Part shown: positions 1-9,507 of the stretch, piece after piece | How the letters are laid out: each line of letters begins with the position of its first letter | Position numbering within the stretch: position 1 is the stretch's first letter | NCBI RefSeq assembly: GCF_039541115.1 | Contig: NZ_BAABFP010000004.1 | Location: 186,001-250,000 of the forward strand | Source: Angustibacter luteus | GTDB lineage: Bacteria > Actinomycetota > Actinomycetes > Actinomycetales > Angustibacteraceae | Length of the DNA: 64,000 nucleotides | Direction: 5' to 3' | Notes under the pieces: model-generated | Told to the model about the DNA's origin: nothing | Database searches by the model: none | What the model saw: the letters and a program-made list of their open reading frames with translations, nothing else | Made by a program: the position numbers and the translations under genes

Positions 1-1
1 G

Positions 2-1165
2 CTGCTCGAGGAGGACGACGAGGTCTACCACCGCATGGACCACTGGGTGGAGGCCGCGGACTGGATCATCTGGCAGCTGACCGGCCGCTACGTCCGCAAC
101 GCCTGCACCGCCGGGTACAAGGGGATGCGCCAGGACGACCGGTACCCCGACCCAGACTTCCTGGCCGCACTGAACCCCGCCTTCGCCGGCTTCGTCGCGG
201 ACAAGCTCGACCACGAGATCGGCCAGCTGGGCAGCGCGGCCGGCACCCTCAGCGCACGCGCGGCCGCCTGGACCGGCCTGCCGGAGGGCGTCGTCGTCGC
301 GGTGGGCAACGTCGACGCGCACGTGACCGCACCGGCGGCGCAGGCCACCAGCCCGGGCCAGATGGTGGCCATCATGGGCACCTCGACCTGTCACGTGATG
401 AGCCACGACGAGCTGGTCGAGGTCCCCGGGATGTGCGGCGTGGTGGACGGCGGCATCGTGTCCGGCCTGTTCGGCTACGAGGCCGGGCAGTCCGGAGTCG
501 GCGACATCTTCGCCTGGTACGTCAAGAACCAGCTGCCCGGCCGCTACGCCGAGGAGGCCGCCGCTGCCGGGGTCTCCGTGCACCAGTACGTGACCGACCT
601 GGCCTACGCCGAGCCCGTCGGCGCGCACGGGCTCGTGGCGCTGGACTGGCACTCGGGAAACCGATCGGTGCTGGTCGACCACGACCTGTCCGGCGTCGTC
701 GTCGGGCAGACGCTGGCGACCCGCCCCGAGCAGGGCTACCGGGCGCTGCTCGAGGCCACCGCGTTCGGCACCAGGGTCATCGTCGAGACGTTCGCCGCGG
801 CCGGCGTCCCGGTCACCGAGTTCATCGTCGCGGGCGGGTTGCTGACGAACCGCCACCTGATGCAGACCTACGCCGACGTCCTCCGGCTCCCGATCTCCAC
901 CATCGCCAGCGAGCAGGGCCCGGCGCTGGGCTCGGCGATCCACGCTGCCGTCGCGGCCGGCGCCTACCCCGACGTGCGCGCCGCAGCCGCGGCCATGGGC
1001 GCGGTCAACCGGGCGGCGTACGTCCCGAACGAGGCCGACGCGGCGGCGTACGACCGGCTCTACGACGAGTACCGGCAGCTGCACGACTGGTTCGGGCGCA
1101 ACGGGAACCAGGCGATGAAGCGGCTGCGCGCGCTGCGTCACGACGTCCTCGGGAGTGCGCCGTGA
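2..1165 (+). CDS. araB: L-ribulokinase (FGGY kinase), 5'-truncated by window edge
   Basis: Motifs NACTAGYKG, GNVDAH, IMGTSTC, YEAGQSGVGDIFAW, LDWHSGNRS; frame is open from position 2; followed by araD and araA. Confidence 0.93.
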   Translation: MLEEDDEVYHRMDHWVEAADWIIWQLTGRYVRNACTAGYKGMRQDDRYPDPDFLAALNPAFAGFVADKLDHEIGQLGSAAGTLSARAAAWTGLPEGVVVAVGNVDAHVTAPAAQATSPGQMVAIMGTSTCHVMSHDELVEVPGMCGVVDGGIVSGLFGYEAGQSGVGDIFAWYVKNQLPGRYAEEAAAAGVSVHQYVTDLAYAEPVGAHGLVALDWHSGNRSVLVDHDLSGVVVGQTLATRPEQGYRALLEATAFGTRVIVETFAAAGVPVTEFIVAGGLLTNRHLMQTYADVLRLPISTIASEQGPALGSAIHAAVAAGAYPDVRAAAAAMGAVNRAAYVPNEADAAAYDRLYDEYRQLHDWFGRNGNQAMKRLRALRHDVLGSAP

Positions 1166-1887
1166 GTGGGTTCGGCGTCGAGGTGGACGCCGCGGTGGCG
1201 GCCGTCCGCGAGGACGTCGCGGGGCTGCACGCGGAGCTGGTCCGGTACGGGCTCGTGGTCTGGACGGCGGGGAACGTCTCGGGCCGCGTCCCCGGTGCCG
1301 ACCTGTTCGTGATCAAACCCTCCGGCGTTCCGTACGACGAGCTGTCGGCGGACCGGATGATCGTGTGCGACCTGGACGGTGTCGTCGTCCCCGGCACCGC
1401 CGGCAGCGAGCGCTCACCGTCCAGCGACACCGCCGCCCACGCCTACGTCTACCGGAACCTGCCCGAGGTCGGCGGGGTCGTGCACACCCACTCCGCCTAT
1501 GCGGTCGCCTGGGCCGCGCGCGGTGAGGCGATCCCGTGCGTGACCACCGGCATGGCGGACGAGTTCGGCGGGCCGATCCCGGTCGGCCCGTTCGCCGTGA
1601 TCGGCGACGACTCCATCGGGCGCGGCATCGTCGAGACCCTGCGCGGGCACCGGTCCCGGGCCGTGCTCATGCGCAACCACGGGCCCTTCACCATCGGCGT
1701 CACCGCGCGGGACGCCGTCAAGGCGGCGGTGCTCACCGAGGACGTCGCCCGGACCGTGCACCTCGCCCGGCAGGGCGGTGAGCCGCTGCCGATCCCACCG
1801 GACGTGATCGACCGGCTCTACGAGCGCTACCAACACGTCTACGGCCAGGCCACCGACGACCGCCGGTCCGCCGAACGAGAGGGCTGA
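1162..1887 (+). CDS. araD: L-ribulose-5-phosphate 4-epimerase
   Basis: GTG at 1162 overlaps the araB stop (GTGA); class II aldolase motifs [33 protein letters not shown]. Confidence 0.93.
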   Translation: MSGFGVEVDAAVAAVREDVAGLHAELVRYGLVVWTAGNVSGRVPGADLFVIKPSGVPYDELSADRMIVCDLDGVVVPGTAGSERSPSSDTAAHAYVYRNLPEVGGVVHTHSAYAVAWAARGEAIPCVTTGMADEFGGPIPVGPFAVIGDDSIGRGIVETLRGHRSRAVLMRNHGPFTIGVTARDAVKAAVLTEDVARTVHLARQGGEPLPIPPDVIDRLYERYQHVYGQATDDRRSAEREG

Positions 1888-1888
1888 C

Positions 1889-3400
1889 ATGCCAACTCCC
1901 GCCATCGCACCCGGCCTCGACGGCTACGAGGTCTGGTTCGTCACCGGAAGCCAGACGCTGTACGGCGAGGAGACGCTGCGCCAGGTTGCCGCGCAGTCAC
2001 AGCAGATCGCGCAGGGGCTGGACGGCCTGCCGGTGCGGGTGGTCTGGCAGCCGGTGCTCACCGACCCGGACGGCATGCGGCGACTCGCGCTCGAGGCGAA
2101 CGCCCGCGACGAGGTCATCGGCCTGGTCGCCTGGATGCACACGTTCAGCCCAGCCAAGATGTGGATCGCGGGTCTCGACGCGCTGCGCAAACCGTTGCTG
2201 CACCTGCACACCCAGGCCAACGTCGAGCTGCCCTGGGACGAGATCGACTTCGACTTCATGAACCTCAACCAGGCCGCGCACGGGGACCGGGAGTTCGGCT
2301 ACATCCAGACCCGGCTCGGGGTCGCGCGCAAGACGGTCGTGGGGCACGTCTCCAGCGCGCGGGTGCTCGGGCAGGTCGCGGACTGGCAGCGGGCAGCGGC
2401 CGGCTGGGCCGCCGCGCACTCGCTCAAGCTGGCCCGCTTCGGCGACAACATGCGGTTCGTCGCCGTGACCGAGGGGGACAAGACCGAGGCCGAGCTGCGG
2501 TTCGGCGTCCAGGTGAACACCTGGGGGGTCAACGAGCTCGCGGACGCGGTGGCTGCGGCCACCGACGCGGACGTCGACGCGTTGGTCTCCGAGTACCTGG
2601 ACACCTACGAGGTCGCCGCCGAGCTGCTGCCGACCGGCGAGCGCCACCAGTCCTTGCGGGACGGCGCGGCGATCGAGCTCGGACTGCGGTCCTTCCTGGA
2701 GGCCGGCGGCTTCGGTGCGTTCACCACGAGCTTCGAGGACCTCGGCGCGCTGCGGCAGCTGCCCGGTCTCGCGGTGCAGCGGCTGATGGCCGAGGGCTAC
2801 GGCTTCGGCGCGGAGGGCGACTGGAAGACCGCGATCCTGGTGCGGGTCGCGAACGTCATGGGGGCCGGGCTGCCGGGTGGCGCGAGCCTGATGGAGGACT
2901 ACACCTACGACCTGGTCGAGGGTCACGAGCGGGTGCTCGGCGCGCACATGCTCGAGGTGTCCCCGTCGCTGACCACCGCCAGGGCGCGGCTGGAGGTCCA
3001 CCCGCTCGGCATCGGTGGGAAGGACGACCCGGTGCGGCTGGTGTTCACGGCGGACCCGGGGCCGGCCCTGGTTGTTGCGCTGTCCGACATGCGCGACCGC
3101 TTCCGGCTGGTCGCCAACGTGGTGCAGAACGTCGACGCCCCCGACCTACCTCGGCTTCCCGTGGGCCGCGCGGTCTGGACGCCGGCGCCGGACTTCCCCA
3201 CCGCTGCGGCGTGCTGGCTCGCCGCGGGCGGGGCGCACCACACGGTCATGACCACCGCGGTCGGCATCGAGGTGTGGCGCGACTTCGCCGAGATCGCCCG
3301 CACGGAGCTGCTCGTGATCGACGACGCCACCACCGTGCACGGGTTCGCTCGCGAGCTGCGCTGGAACCAGGCCTACTACCGCCTAGCCGCCGGCATCTAG
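1889..3400 (+). CDS. araA: L-arabinose isomerase
   Basis: [64 protein letters not shown]. Confidence 0.96.
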   Translation: MPTPAIAPGLDGYEVWFVTGSQTLYGEETLRQVAAQSQQIAQGLDGLPVRVVWQPVLTDPDGMRRLALEANARDEVIGLVAWMHTFSPAKMWIAGLDALRKPLLHLHTQANVELPWDEIDFDFMNLNQAAHGDREFGYIQTRLGVARKTVVGHVSSARVLGQVADWQRAAAGWAAAHSLKLARFGDNMRFVAVTEGDKTEAELRFGVQVNTWGVNELADAVAAATDADVDALVSEYLDTYEVAAELLPTGERHQSLRDGAAIELGLRSFLEAGGFGAFTTSFEDLGALRQLPGLAVQRLMAEGYGFGAEGDWKTAILVRVANVMGAGLPGGASLMEDYTYDLVEGHERVLGAHMLEVSPSLTTARARLEVHPLGIGGKDDPVRLVFTADPGPALVVALSDMRDRFRLVANVVQNVDAPDLPRLPVGRAVWTPAPDFPTAAACWLAAGGAHHTVMTTAVGIEVWRDFAEIARTELLVIDDATTVHGFARELRWNQAYYRLAAGI

Positions 3401-3417
3401 CCCCACCCCCACCCCCG

Positions 3418-3570
3418 GTGATCATGCACGTTCGCCCCCATCCGTCGTGCCCCTCCCCCCACCCCCCCCCGTGATCATGCACGTTCGCCCCGGTCCGGCG
3501 TCCTCGCTCAGCCGGCCCGGAGGGCGAACGTGCATGATCACCGCGGGGTGGGGCGAACGTGCATGATCAC
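3418..3570. repeat. REP/BIME-like cluster: four copies of GTGATCATGCACGTTCGCCC(C)
   Basis: Direct copies at 3418-3438 and 3471-3491, inverted copies at 3522-3541 and 3550-3570; lies between convergent araA and tet genes. Confidence 0.85.
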
Positions 3571-5597
3571 CACGGGTTGCGGTTAGGGCGGGTTGGGGGC
3601 CAGGTGCGTCCCACCCGGCGGGCCGTCGTTCGCAGGTAGGCGTCCCGGTGGGTGGGGTCGTCGTCCGTCCGTGGCCGGGTGGGCGGTCGGCCCGCGATCG
3701 GCTGGTAGCAGTCGAAGGATGTGGTGAGGTTGCCCTCGCCGCGGGTCAGGTCCGGCACCTGCTGGTGCAGGTCGTGCACCTGCGCCGCTGGAATCGTGCC
3801 CTCGATCAGCAGGCCCCCGTGGCGGCTCGTCGTCGCCAGCGGAACCGCGCGATGCGTCGGCAGGACGGCGAGCGCCACCTGCTGGGACTCGGTGGGCAGC
3901 TCCAGCTCGAACCGGTGCAGCGGCTCACAGACGACCGTGCCGGCTTGCTGCAGCGCGGTCATCAGGACGAGTCGGGAGAGGTAGCGGAAGTCCGCTGCGG
4001 TGCTGGAGATGCTCTTCGTGAAGGCAGCGTGCCCGAGGCTCTGCCGGGCCCAGTAGCCGCTGTGCGTCATGGTCACGACGCAGTCGAGGATCTGCCAGCC
4101 GTGCGGTCCCTGTTCCACCGTGGCCGCAACCGTGTCCTGGACCGCCGTGAAGAACGCGGCGGGCATCGACCCACGCTCGACCTCGAGGCCGAACCGGACG
4201 CCGGAGCCGACCGGCGCGGGGTCGACGCGCAGCCCCACTCCGGCCAGGAACGGGTTGGAGCGCCAGCCGAGCTGCTCGACGCAGTGACCGCTGCCGACCA
4301 CCTGCTCGACGCACAGCGGCGTGGAGCGGCGGAACTCGACCCGGACGTCGTACTCGGACTCGAGCAGTCCGGCGAGCACCTCCTTCTGCACCTCGCCGTA
4401 CAGCGAGACGGACAGCTCGCCGCGGGCGTCGTCCTGCCGCACGTCGATCAACGGGTCCTGCTCAGCCAGCTGCTGCAGGCCCTGGTACAGCCGGATCCGG
4501 TCGGCCTCGTCGATGGCGCTGATCACCGTCTCCAGGGACGGTCGGGCGAACTCGTGCCGGGGGCGGACGCCGGCCGGCGCCGGCCCGATCCGATCGCCGA
4601 CTCGGGCCGACTCCAGCCCGCGCAACCGGCCGATCTGCCCGGCCCGCAGGCAGTCCGCCACGGCGTGCGTTCCGTCGGCGAACACCGTGATGGCGGTGAC
4701 CTTCTCGGGGCGGCCGTGACCGAGGTCGAGGTGGTCCCGCGTGCGGATCGTGCCCCCGGCCAGGTGCACGTAGACGAGCTTCTCGGCGGCGCTGCCCCGC
4801 TCCACCTTGAACACCACGCCCCGCGCCTCGCCACTGTCGTCCGTGTCGACGACGGGAAGGAAGCGGATGAGCGCGTCGAGAAGCTCATCCACCCCGGCGC
4901 CGGTGATGGCCGAGCCGAACAGCACCGGCGTCGCTGCGCCCTCCCGGAACTGCCGCACGAGCCGTGCCATCAGGTCGTCGTCCGTGATGCGTTGCGGCCC
5001 ACCGGTTGCCGCGTCGAGCACCTCGTCGTCCCGGGCCGCGACGACCTCCTCGACCTCGTCGTGCCAGCGCGCCGCGTGTGGGTCGCGGGCCACCACGGTG
5101 GCTGCTCGGGTGCCGGCGCCGACGACGTCCTGCAGGGTGACGCTGGCGGGGGCCAGGCGGGCCCGCAGCTGCCCGACCACGTGGCTCGGGCGCGCGCCGC
5201 GACGGTCGATCTTGTTGACGAACACCACCGTGGGGATGCGAAGTCGTTGCAGCGCACGGAAGAGGACGACCGTCTGCGCCTGCACGCCCTCGACCGCCGA
5301 GACGACCAAGACCGCCCCGTCGAGCACCGCCAGCGAGCGCTCCACCTCCGCGATGAAGTCGGAGTGCCCCGGGGTGTCGAGCAGGTTGACGGTCACGCCA
5401 CGGGTCACGAAGGACGCGACGGCGGCGCGGATGGTGATGCCACGGCGGCGCTCGAGCACCATCGTGTCGGTCTGGGTGGTGCCGGCCAGGACACTGCCCG
5501 GCTCGTCGAGGACACCCACCTCGTAGAGCAGCCGCTCCGTCAGGCTGGTCTTGCCAGCGTCAACATGCGCGACGATCCCAAGATTCAACGTACGCAC
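3567..5597 (-). CDS. TetM/TetO/OtrA-family ribosome-protection GTPase (EF-G paralog)
   Basis: NLGIVAHVDAGKTSLTE, TQTDT..LERRRGITI, DTPGH, NKID, YGEVQKEV, GLEVERGSMP, STAADFR; 676 aa. Confidence 0.88.
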   Translation of the reverse strand: MRTLNLGIVAHVDAGKTSLTERLLYEVGVLDEPGSVLAGTTQTDTMVLERRRGITIRAAVASFVTRGVTVNLLDTPGHSDFIAEVERSLAVLDGAVLVVSAVEGVQAQTVVLFRALQRLRIPTVVFVNKIDRRGARPSHVVGQLRARLAPASVTLQDVVGAGTRAATVVARDPHAARWHDEVEEVVAARDDEVLDAATGGPQRITDDDLMARLVRQFREGAATPVLFGSAITGAGVDELLDALIRFLPVVDTDDSGEARGVVFKVERGSAAEKLVYVHLAGGTIRTRDHLDLGHGRPEKVTAITVFADGTHAVADCLRAGQIGRLRGLESARVGDRIGPAPAGVRPRHEFARPSLETVISAIDEADRIRLYQGLQQLAEQDPLIDVRQDDARGELSVSLYGEVQKEVLAGLLESEYDVRVEFRRSTPLCVEQVVGSGHCVEQLGWRSNPFLAGVGLRVDPAPVGSGVRFGLEVERGSMPAAFFTAVQDTVAATVEQGPHGWQILDCVVTMTHSGYWARQSLGHAAFTKSISSTAADFRYLSRLVLMTALQQAGTVVCEPLHRFELELPTESQQVALAVLPTHRAVPLATTSRHGGLLIEGTIPAAQVHDLHQQVPDLTRGEGNLTTSFDCYQPIAGRPPTRPRTDDDPTHRDAYLRTTARRVGRTWPPTRPNRNPW

Positions 5598-5658
5598 GAG
5601 CCTTCACGTCCATCCCACTGGTGGTGACAACCGGTCGGGGCGTGAAAGCTGCTCGCAT
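5560..5658 (-). CDS. Putative 32-aa leader peptide overlapping the tet start out of frame
   Basis: AGGAG (5664-5668), 5 nt, then ATG; MRAAFTPRPVVTTSGMDVKARAYVESWDRRAC*. Confidence 0.45.
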   Translation of the reverse strand: MRAAFTPRPVVTTSGMDVKARAYVESWDRRAC

Positions 5659-5753
5659 CGGAACTCCTGGCGCTCGGGGGTGATCGTCGTCCGCCACCGA
5701 GGGCACCACAGCGAGGGTGGGCGGCGCCACTGGATTTCTGGCCGACCGTGGCC

Positions 5754-6254
5754 CTACCCGTCCAGGACGAGCCACTGCCGGCCGTCGACGAGCTCGCGCG
5801 CCGCGTCCAGGTGTCCTGCGTGGCAGGCGGTCTCGGTGATCACGTGCAGCAGGACCTCGTCACGGTCGGCCAACCTCCAGTCGCCCGGGCCTTGCGGCCA
5901 CCACCGCGGCGCGGCACCCGGCGACGTAGCGGCGATCACGTCGTCCGCGAGCGCGATCTCGGCCCGGTAGCGGTCCAGTACGGCGTGCGACGGCACCGCG
6001 GCGTCCACCTGCCAGGCGTCGTCGTCCCGCTCGATCGCAGCGACGACGTCCGGGTCGCCGGCAACAACCCCGCGGAACCAGAACCGCTCCACGTCGAGGG
6101 CGAGGTGCTGCACCAGGCCGAGGCAGGACCACCCCGACGGCAGGACGGGACGGCGCAACGCGTCGTCGTCCAGACCCTCGAGGATGCCCAGGACGTGCCG
6201 GCGCTGGCCCTCCAGCCAGCTCTGCAGGGTGTCGGTCTTCGTGGTGGCGCTCAT
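5754..6254 (-). CDS. DinB/DUF664-family protein
   Basis: RRPVLPSGWSCLGLVQHLALDVERFWF and HVITETACHAGHLDAARE (DinB His motif). Confidence 0.85.
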   Translation of the reverse strand: MSATTKTDTLQSWLEGQRRHVLGILEGLDDDALRRPVLPSGWSCLGLVQHLALDVERFWFRGVVAGDPDVVAAIERDDDAWQVDAAVPSHAVLDRYRAEIALADDVIAATSPGAAPRWWPQGPGDWRLADRDEVLLHVITETACHAGHLDAARELVDGRQWLVLDG

Positions 6255-6276
6255 GACGCTCCTCGGTGGTCGCGGG

Positions 6277-6383
6277 GGATCGGATCACCTGGGACGTCGG
6301 AACCGTCGGCCCCTTCTCGACACCCGGATCTGATGGGATGTCGAGAAGCTGGTGCCGGCTCCGACGTCCCCGGTGAACGATCC
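6277..6383. promoter_or_regulatory. Two divergent ECF42-type promoters (TGTCGA-N17-CGAC) forming a ~107-bp imperfect inverted repeat
   Basis: Plus strand: TGTCGA 6339-6344, CGAC 6362-6365. Minus strand: TGTCGA 6322-6317 with the same spacing. Flanks a DGPF/YciI gene. Confidence 0.6.
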
Positions 6384-6406
6384 ACATCGACCCAGGAGGT
6401 CTAGTC

Positions 6407-6799
6407 GTGAAGTACGTGATCCTGATCCACGCCAACCCCGAGCCGTGGGGGCACCCGACGTCCCTCTACACCGAGGAGGGCCGCGCCATCTCCGCCGAGC
6501 AGCACGACGAGATGGACCGGCAGTTCGACGCGCTCCTCACGGAGATCTCCGGCTCCGGCGAGCTGGTCAGCGCCGAGGCGCTGGGCGACCCCGCGACGTC
6601 CCGGCTGTTCCGGTGGACGGCGACGGACCGGCTGGTGACCGACGGCCCCTATGCGGAGACGAAGGAACAGCTGGCCGGCTTCTTCATCATCGACGTCGAG
6701 TCCCGCGAGCGCGCCGACGAGATCGCCGTGCAGTTCGCCGGGCCTGGCAGCATGGTCGAGCTGCGGCCGGCCATGTGGTCCGGCGGCGACGACCAGTGA
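6407..6799 (+). CDS. YciI/DGPF-family protein
   Basis: MKYVILI, TDGPYAETKEQLAGFFIIDV, VELRP; SD AGGAGG upstream. Confidence 0.9.
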   Translation: MKYVILIHANPEPWGHPTSLYTEEGRAISAEQHDEMDRQFDALLTEISGSGELVSAEALGDPATSRLFRWTATDRLVTDGPYAETKEQLAGFFIIDVESRERADEIAVQFAGPGSMVELRPAMWSGGDDQ

Positions 6800-6806
6800 G
6801 CCGCCG

Positions 6807-7031
6807 TCAGCGCCCGACGTCCCGGACGTCGTAGCCGGGCTTGAGCTCGCGGTTCACGAACGCGCCCTTGGACGTGCTCTGCAGCAACGCCTGGAACACC
6901 TCGGCCGGGACGTCGAGGTAGGCGTAGGTGGCCCCACCGACGAAGCGGACGTGCAGCTCGCGGCGCTCGGCGTCGAAGCCGACCGCCGCGATGCTGCTGG
7001 ACAGCACGGAGATCATGTCGGGCCTCGGCAT
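6807..7031 (-). CDS. KTSC-domain protein
   Basis: VLSSSIAAVGFD..ELHVRF..G..YAY.DVP..VF..LL.S.SKG.FVN. Confidence 0.88.
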   Translation of the reverse strand: MPRPDMISVLSSSIAAVGFDAERRELHVRFVGGATYAYLDVPAEVFQALLQSTSKGAFVNRELKPGYDVRDVGR

Positions 7032-7041
7032 CGACGGCTCC

Positions 7042-8241
7042 TCAGTCGCCGGGCCGGCGCGTCCGGCGCAGGGCGAGCTCGGCCAGCAGGGCCGCGCAGT
7101 CAGGCAGGACGCTGTCGTCGAAGTCGGCGAGCGGTGAGTGGTTGTCCGGCGCGGTCTCGTGGTCCGTGCCCGCGCGGACGGCGCTGACCATCAGGTACGC
7201 GCCGGGGACCTCCTGCAGCACAAAGGACATGTCCTCGCCGCCAGGGTCCGGGTTGGCCCACTCCCGGTAGCGGTCGGCACCGAACAGCGACGTCACCGTG
7301 TCGACGGCGAACGCGTACTCAGCGGGCTCGTTGACGGTGGCGGGGTAGCCGGGCACGTACCTGACCTCGGCGGTCATGCCGTGCGCGGCGGCGATGCCCT
7401 CGGCCACGGTGCGGCTGGCGGTCTCAACCTTGACCCGGGCGGCCGCGGAGAACGTGCGGACCGTGGCGGCCAGGTCGGCCGTCGACGGGATGATGTTCTC
7501 CGCGGTCCCGCTGGTGATCTGCCCGACGGTGACGACGACCGGGTCGAAGATGTCGAACTGCCGGGTCACCATCAGCTGCAGGCCGAGGACGATCTCGGCG
7601 GCGACCGGCACGGGGTCCTTGGCGCGGAACGGGGCTGAGCCGTGACCGCCCTCGCCCTGGACGCGGACGTGCAGCTCGTCGACGGCCGCGAAGAGCGCGC
7701 CGGGGCGCCCGACGAACAGTCCGATGGGATCGCCCGAGGAGTACACGTGCAACGCGTACGCCGCCTCGACCCGGCGTCCGGCGGCGTCCAGCAGCCCTTC
7801 CGCGATCATCGGCTCGGCGCCACCCGGCCCCTCCTCGCCGGGCTGGAACATCAGCACGACGTCCCCGGCCAGCTCGTCACGCATCGCGTGCAGGATCCGC
7901 GCGGCACCGACGAGCGCGGCCATGTGCAGGTCGTGGCCGCAGGCGTGCATGAGGCCAGGGTGTTGCGAGACATAGGGAAGGTCGACCTGCTCGGCCACCG
8001 GCAGCGCGTCCATGTCGCCGCGCAGCAGCACTGGCGGCCCGTCACCGGTGCCCCGGATCACCGCCGTGATGGACGACAGACCCTGCCCGGTGGTCAGCTC
8101 GAGTTCAAGCGGGGTCAGCGCCTCGAGCAGCAGGGCCTGCGTCGTCGGCAGGTCCAGGCCCAGCTCGGGCACCTGGTGCAGCCGGCGACGCAGGTCCACC
8201 AGCTCGGTAGCCATCGCCTGGGCGTGTTCCGTCGTCCGCAT
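7042..8241 (-). CDS. M20-family amidohydrolase (hippurate hydrolase-like)
   Basis: RRRLHQVPELG, LLRGDMDALP, MHACGHDLH, FQPGEEG, GGHGS, GGEDMSF, NHSP. Confidence 0.9.
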   Translation of the reverse strand: MRTTEHAQAMATELVDLRRRLHQVPELGLDLPTTQALLLEALTPLELELTTGQGLSSITAVIRGTGDGPPVLLRGDMDALPVAEQVDLPYVSQHPGLMHACGHDLHMAALVGAARILHAMRDELAGDVVLMFQPGEEGPGGAEPMIAEGLLDAAGRRVEAAYALHVYSSGDPIGLFVGRPGALFAAVDELHVRVQGEGGHGSAPFRAKDPVPVAAEIVLGLQLMVTRQFDIFDPVVVTVGQITSGTAENIIPSTADLAATVRTFSAAARVKVETASRTVAEGIAAAHGMTAEVRYVPGYPATVNEPAEYAFAVDTVTSLFGADRYREWANPDPGGEDMSFVLQEVPGAYLMVSAVRAGTDHETAPDNHSPLADFDDSVLPDCAALLAELALRRTRRPGD

Positions 8242-8360
8242 GTGCGCAACCTACGGGACCTTCGGCCCGGGCACGAGGAGGTGCCGTGCAGCACCGTGGG
8301 AGTGAGCCAGCAGCGCAGGTCGCGTCTGTCGGCAAGCGCACTGCTCTGAAGGAGAAACTC

Positions 8361-8948
8361 ATGAAGCGCAAGACCTTTGACGTGCTGGTCAGCGTCACCG
8401 GCCTCTTCCTCGCCCTCGTCCTCGTCGTGTCGGGATCGCTGCTCGCCTGGGCGAGCCACTTCGTCAGCGACCAGGTGACGACCCAGCTCTCCGCGCAGAA
8501 GATCTTCTTCCCGCCGGCGGGCAGTCCGGCCACCGAGGGAGCCGAGTTCGCCCAGATGCGGCAGTACTCCGGCCAGCAGCTCACGACCGGGGCGCAGGCT
8601 CAGGTCTACGCCAACGACTTCATCGCCGTGCACCTCGAGGAGGCCGGCGGCGGCAAGACGTACGCCGAGCTGAGCTCGGCCGCCCAGGCCGCCCCGGACG
8701 ACGCCAAGCTGCAGGCCCAGGTCGCCACGATGTTCAAGGGCGAGACCCTGCGGGGACTGCTGCTGAACGCCTACGCCTTCGGCACCATGGGGATGATCGC
8801 CGGGATCGCCGCCATCGCCGCCTTCATCGCGGCGGCCGTCATGCTGGCGCTCGGGGTCCTCGGGCTGGTGCACGCCCGCCGGGTGGACTCGGACGTCGAG
8901 CTGTTGCGTGAGCGCACCTCCAGCGACCCGGTCCCCTCGAACGCCTGA
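8361..8948 (+). CDS. Conserved actinobacterial membrane protein, function unknown
   Basis: SD AAGGAG before ATG 8361; N- and C-terminal hydrophobic helices; GETLRGLLLNAYAF. Confidence 0.75.
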   Translation: MKRKTFDVLVSVTGLFLALVLVVSGSLLAWASHFVSDQVTTQLSAQKIFFPPAGSPATEGAEFAQMRQYSGQQLTTGAQAQVYANDFIAVHLEEAGGGKTYAELSSAAQAAPDDAKLQAQVATMFKGETLRGLLLNAYAFGTMGMIAGIAAIAAFIAAAVMLALGVLGLVHARRVDSDVELLRERTSSDPVPSNA

Positions 8949-8964
8949 CCGGTCCCGCAGCCCC

Positions 8965-9003
8965 GAACCCCGCACCGCGCACACAGCGCGCGGTGCGGGG
9001 TTC
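8965..9003 (+). terminator. Intrinsic terminator-like hairpin
   Basis: GAACCCCGCACCGCGC / GCGCGGTGCGGGGTTC stem just after the stop at 8948. Confidence 0.7.
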
Positions 9004-9058
9004 TCGCGTAGCGTCTCGGACCAAGGCACACCCTGGTTGGCCGGAGAGGACGTGGACC

Positions 9059-9454
9059 GTGCGGGTTCGGACGATGGCAGCAGCAGTGGCACTGGCGCTC
9101 GCCGCGCTCTGGCTGGGCGCGCCGGCGGCGCAGGCGGAAGGGCGCGACCTCTACATCACCACCACGGACGCCGGCCACCCCGCCGCCTTCGCCTGGTTCT
9201 ACCCCCACGGCGAGCACTGGGGGGTCTGCGACGACCAGAAGGATGGCAAGCGCGCCATCGTGTACCTGAAGAACGTGCGGACCGGCACCGTGTACACCCT
9301 GTTCGATGACAACGGCTACAACAACACCTGCAGCCGGTCCCCGGTCAACTTCAACCTCGCCGAGGGGACGCCCGTCGCGCTGCGGGTGTGCCTGCGCGAC
9401 GGTGCGCTCGGCCCGTTCTCCTCCTGCAGCGCGTGGACCCGCAGCACGGCGTGA
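9059..9454 (+). CDS. Small secreted protein with four Cys
   Basis: SD GGAGAGGA, GTG 9059; signal peptide ending AQA|E; GVCDDQKDGK, NTCS, RVCLRDG, SSCSAW. Confidence 0.7.
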   Translation: MRVRTMAAAVALALAALWLGAPAAQAEGRDLYITTTDAGHPAAFAWFYPHGEHWGVCDDQKDGKRAIVYLKNVRTGTVYTLFDDNGYNNTCSRSPVNFNLAEGTPVALRVCLRDGALGPFSSCSAWTRSTA

Positions 9455-9507
9455 CCCGGTAGGTCCTCGCGCGGGCCGAGGACTGCTCGGGCGAGTACGT
9501 TTCGGGC

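Noticed and set aside
433..1161. N-terminal extension of the araD ORF (484 aa in the track)
   Set aside because: Overlaps araB in another frame; homology begins at GTG 1162
3418..3570. Possible mini-CRISPR array
   Set aside because: Repeats are in both orientations, spacers are irregular and low-complexity, and no cas genes are present
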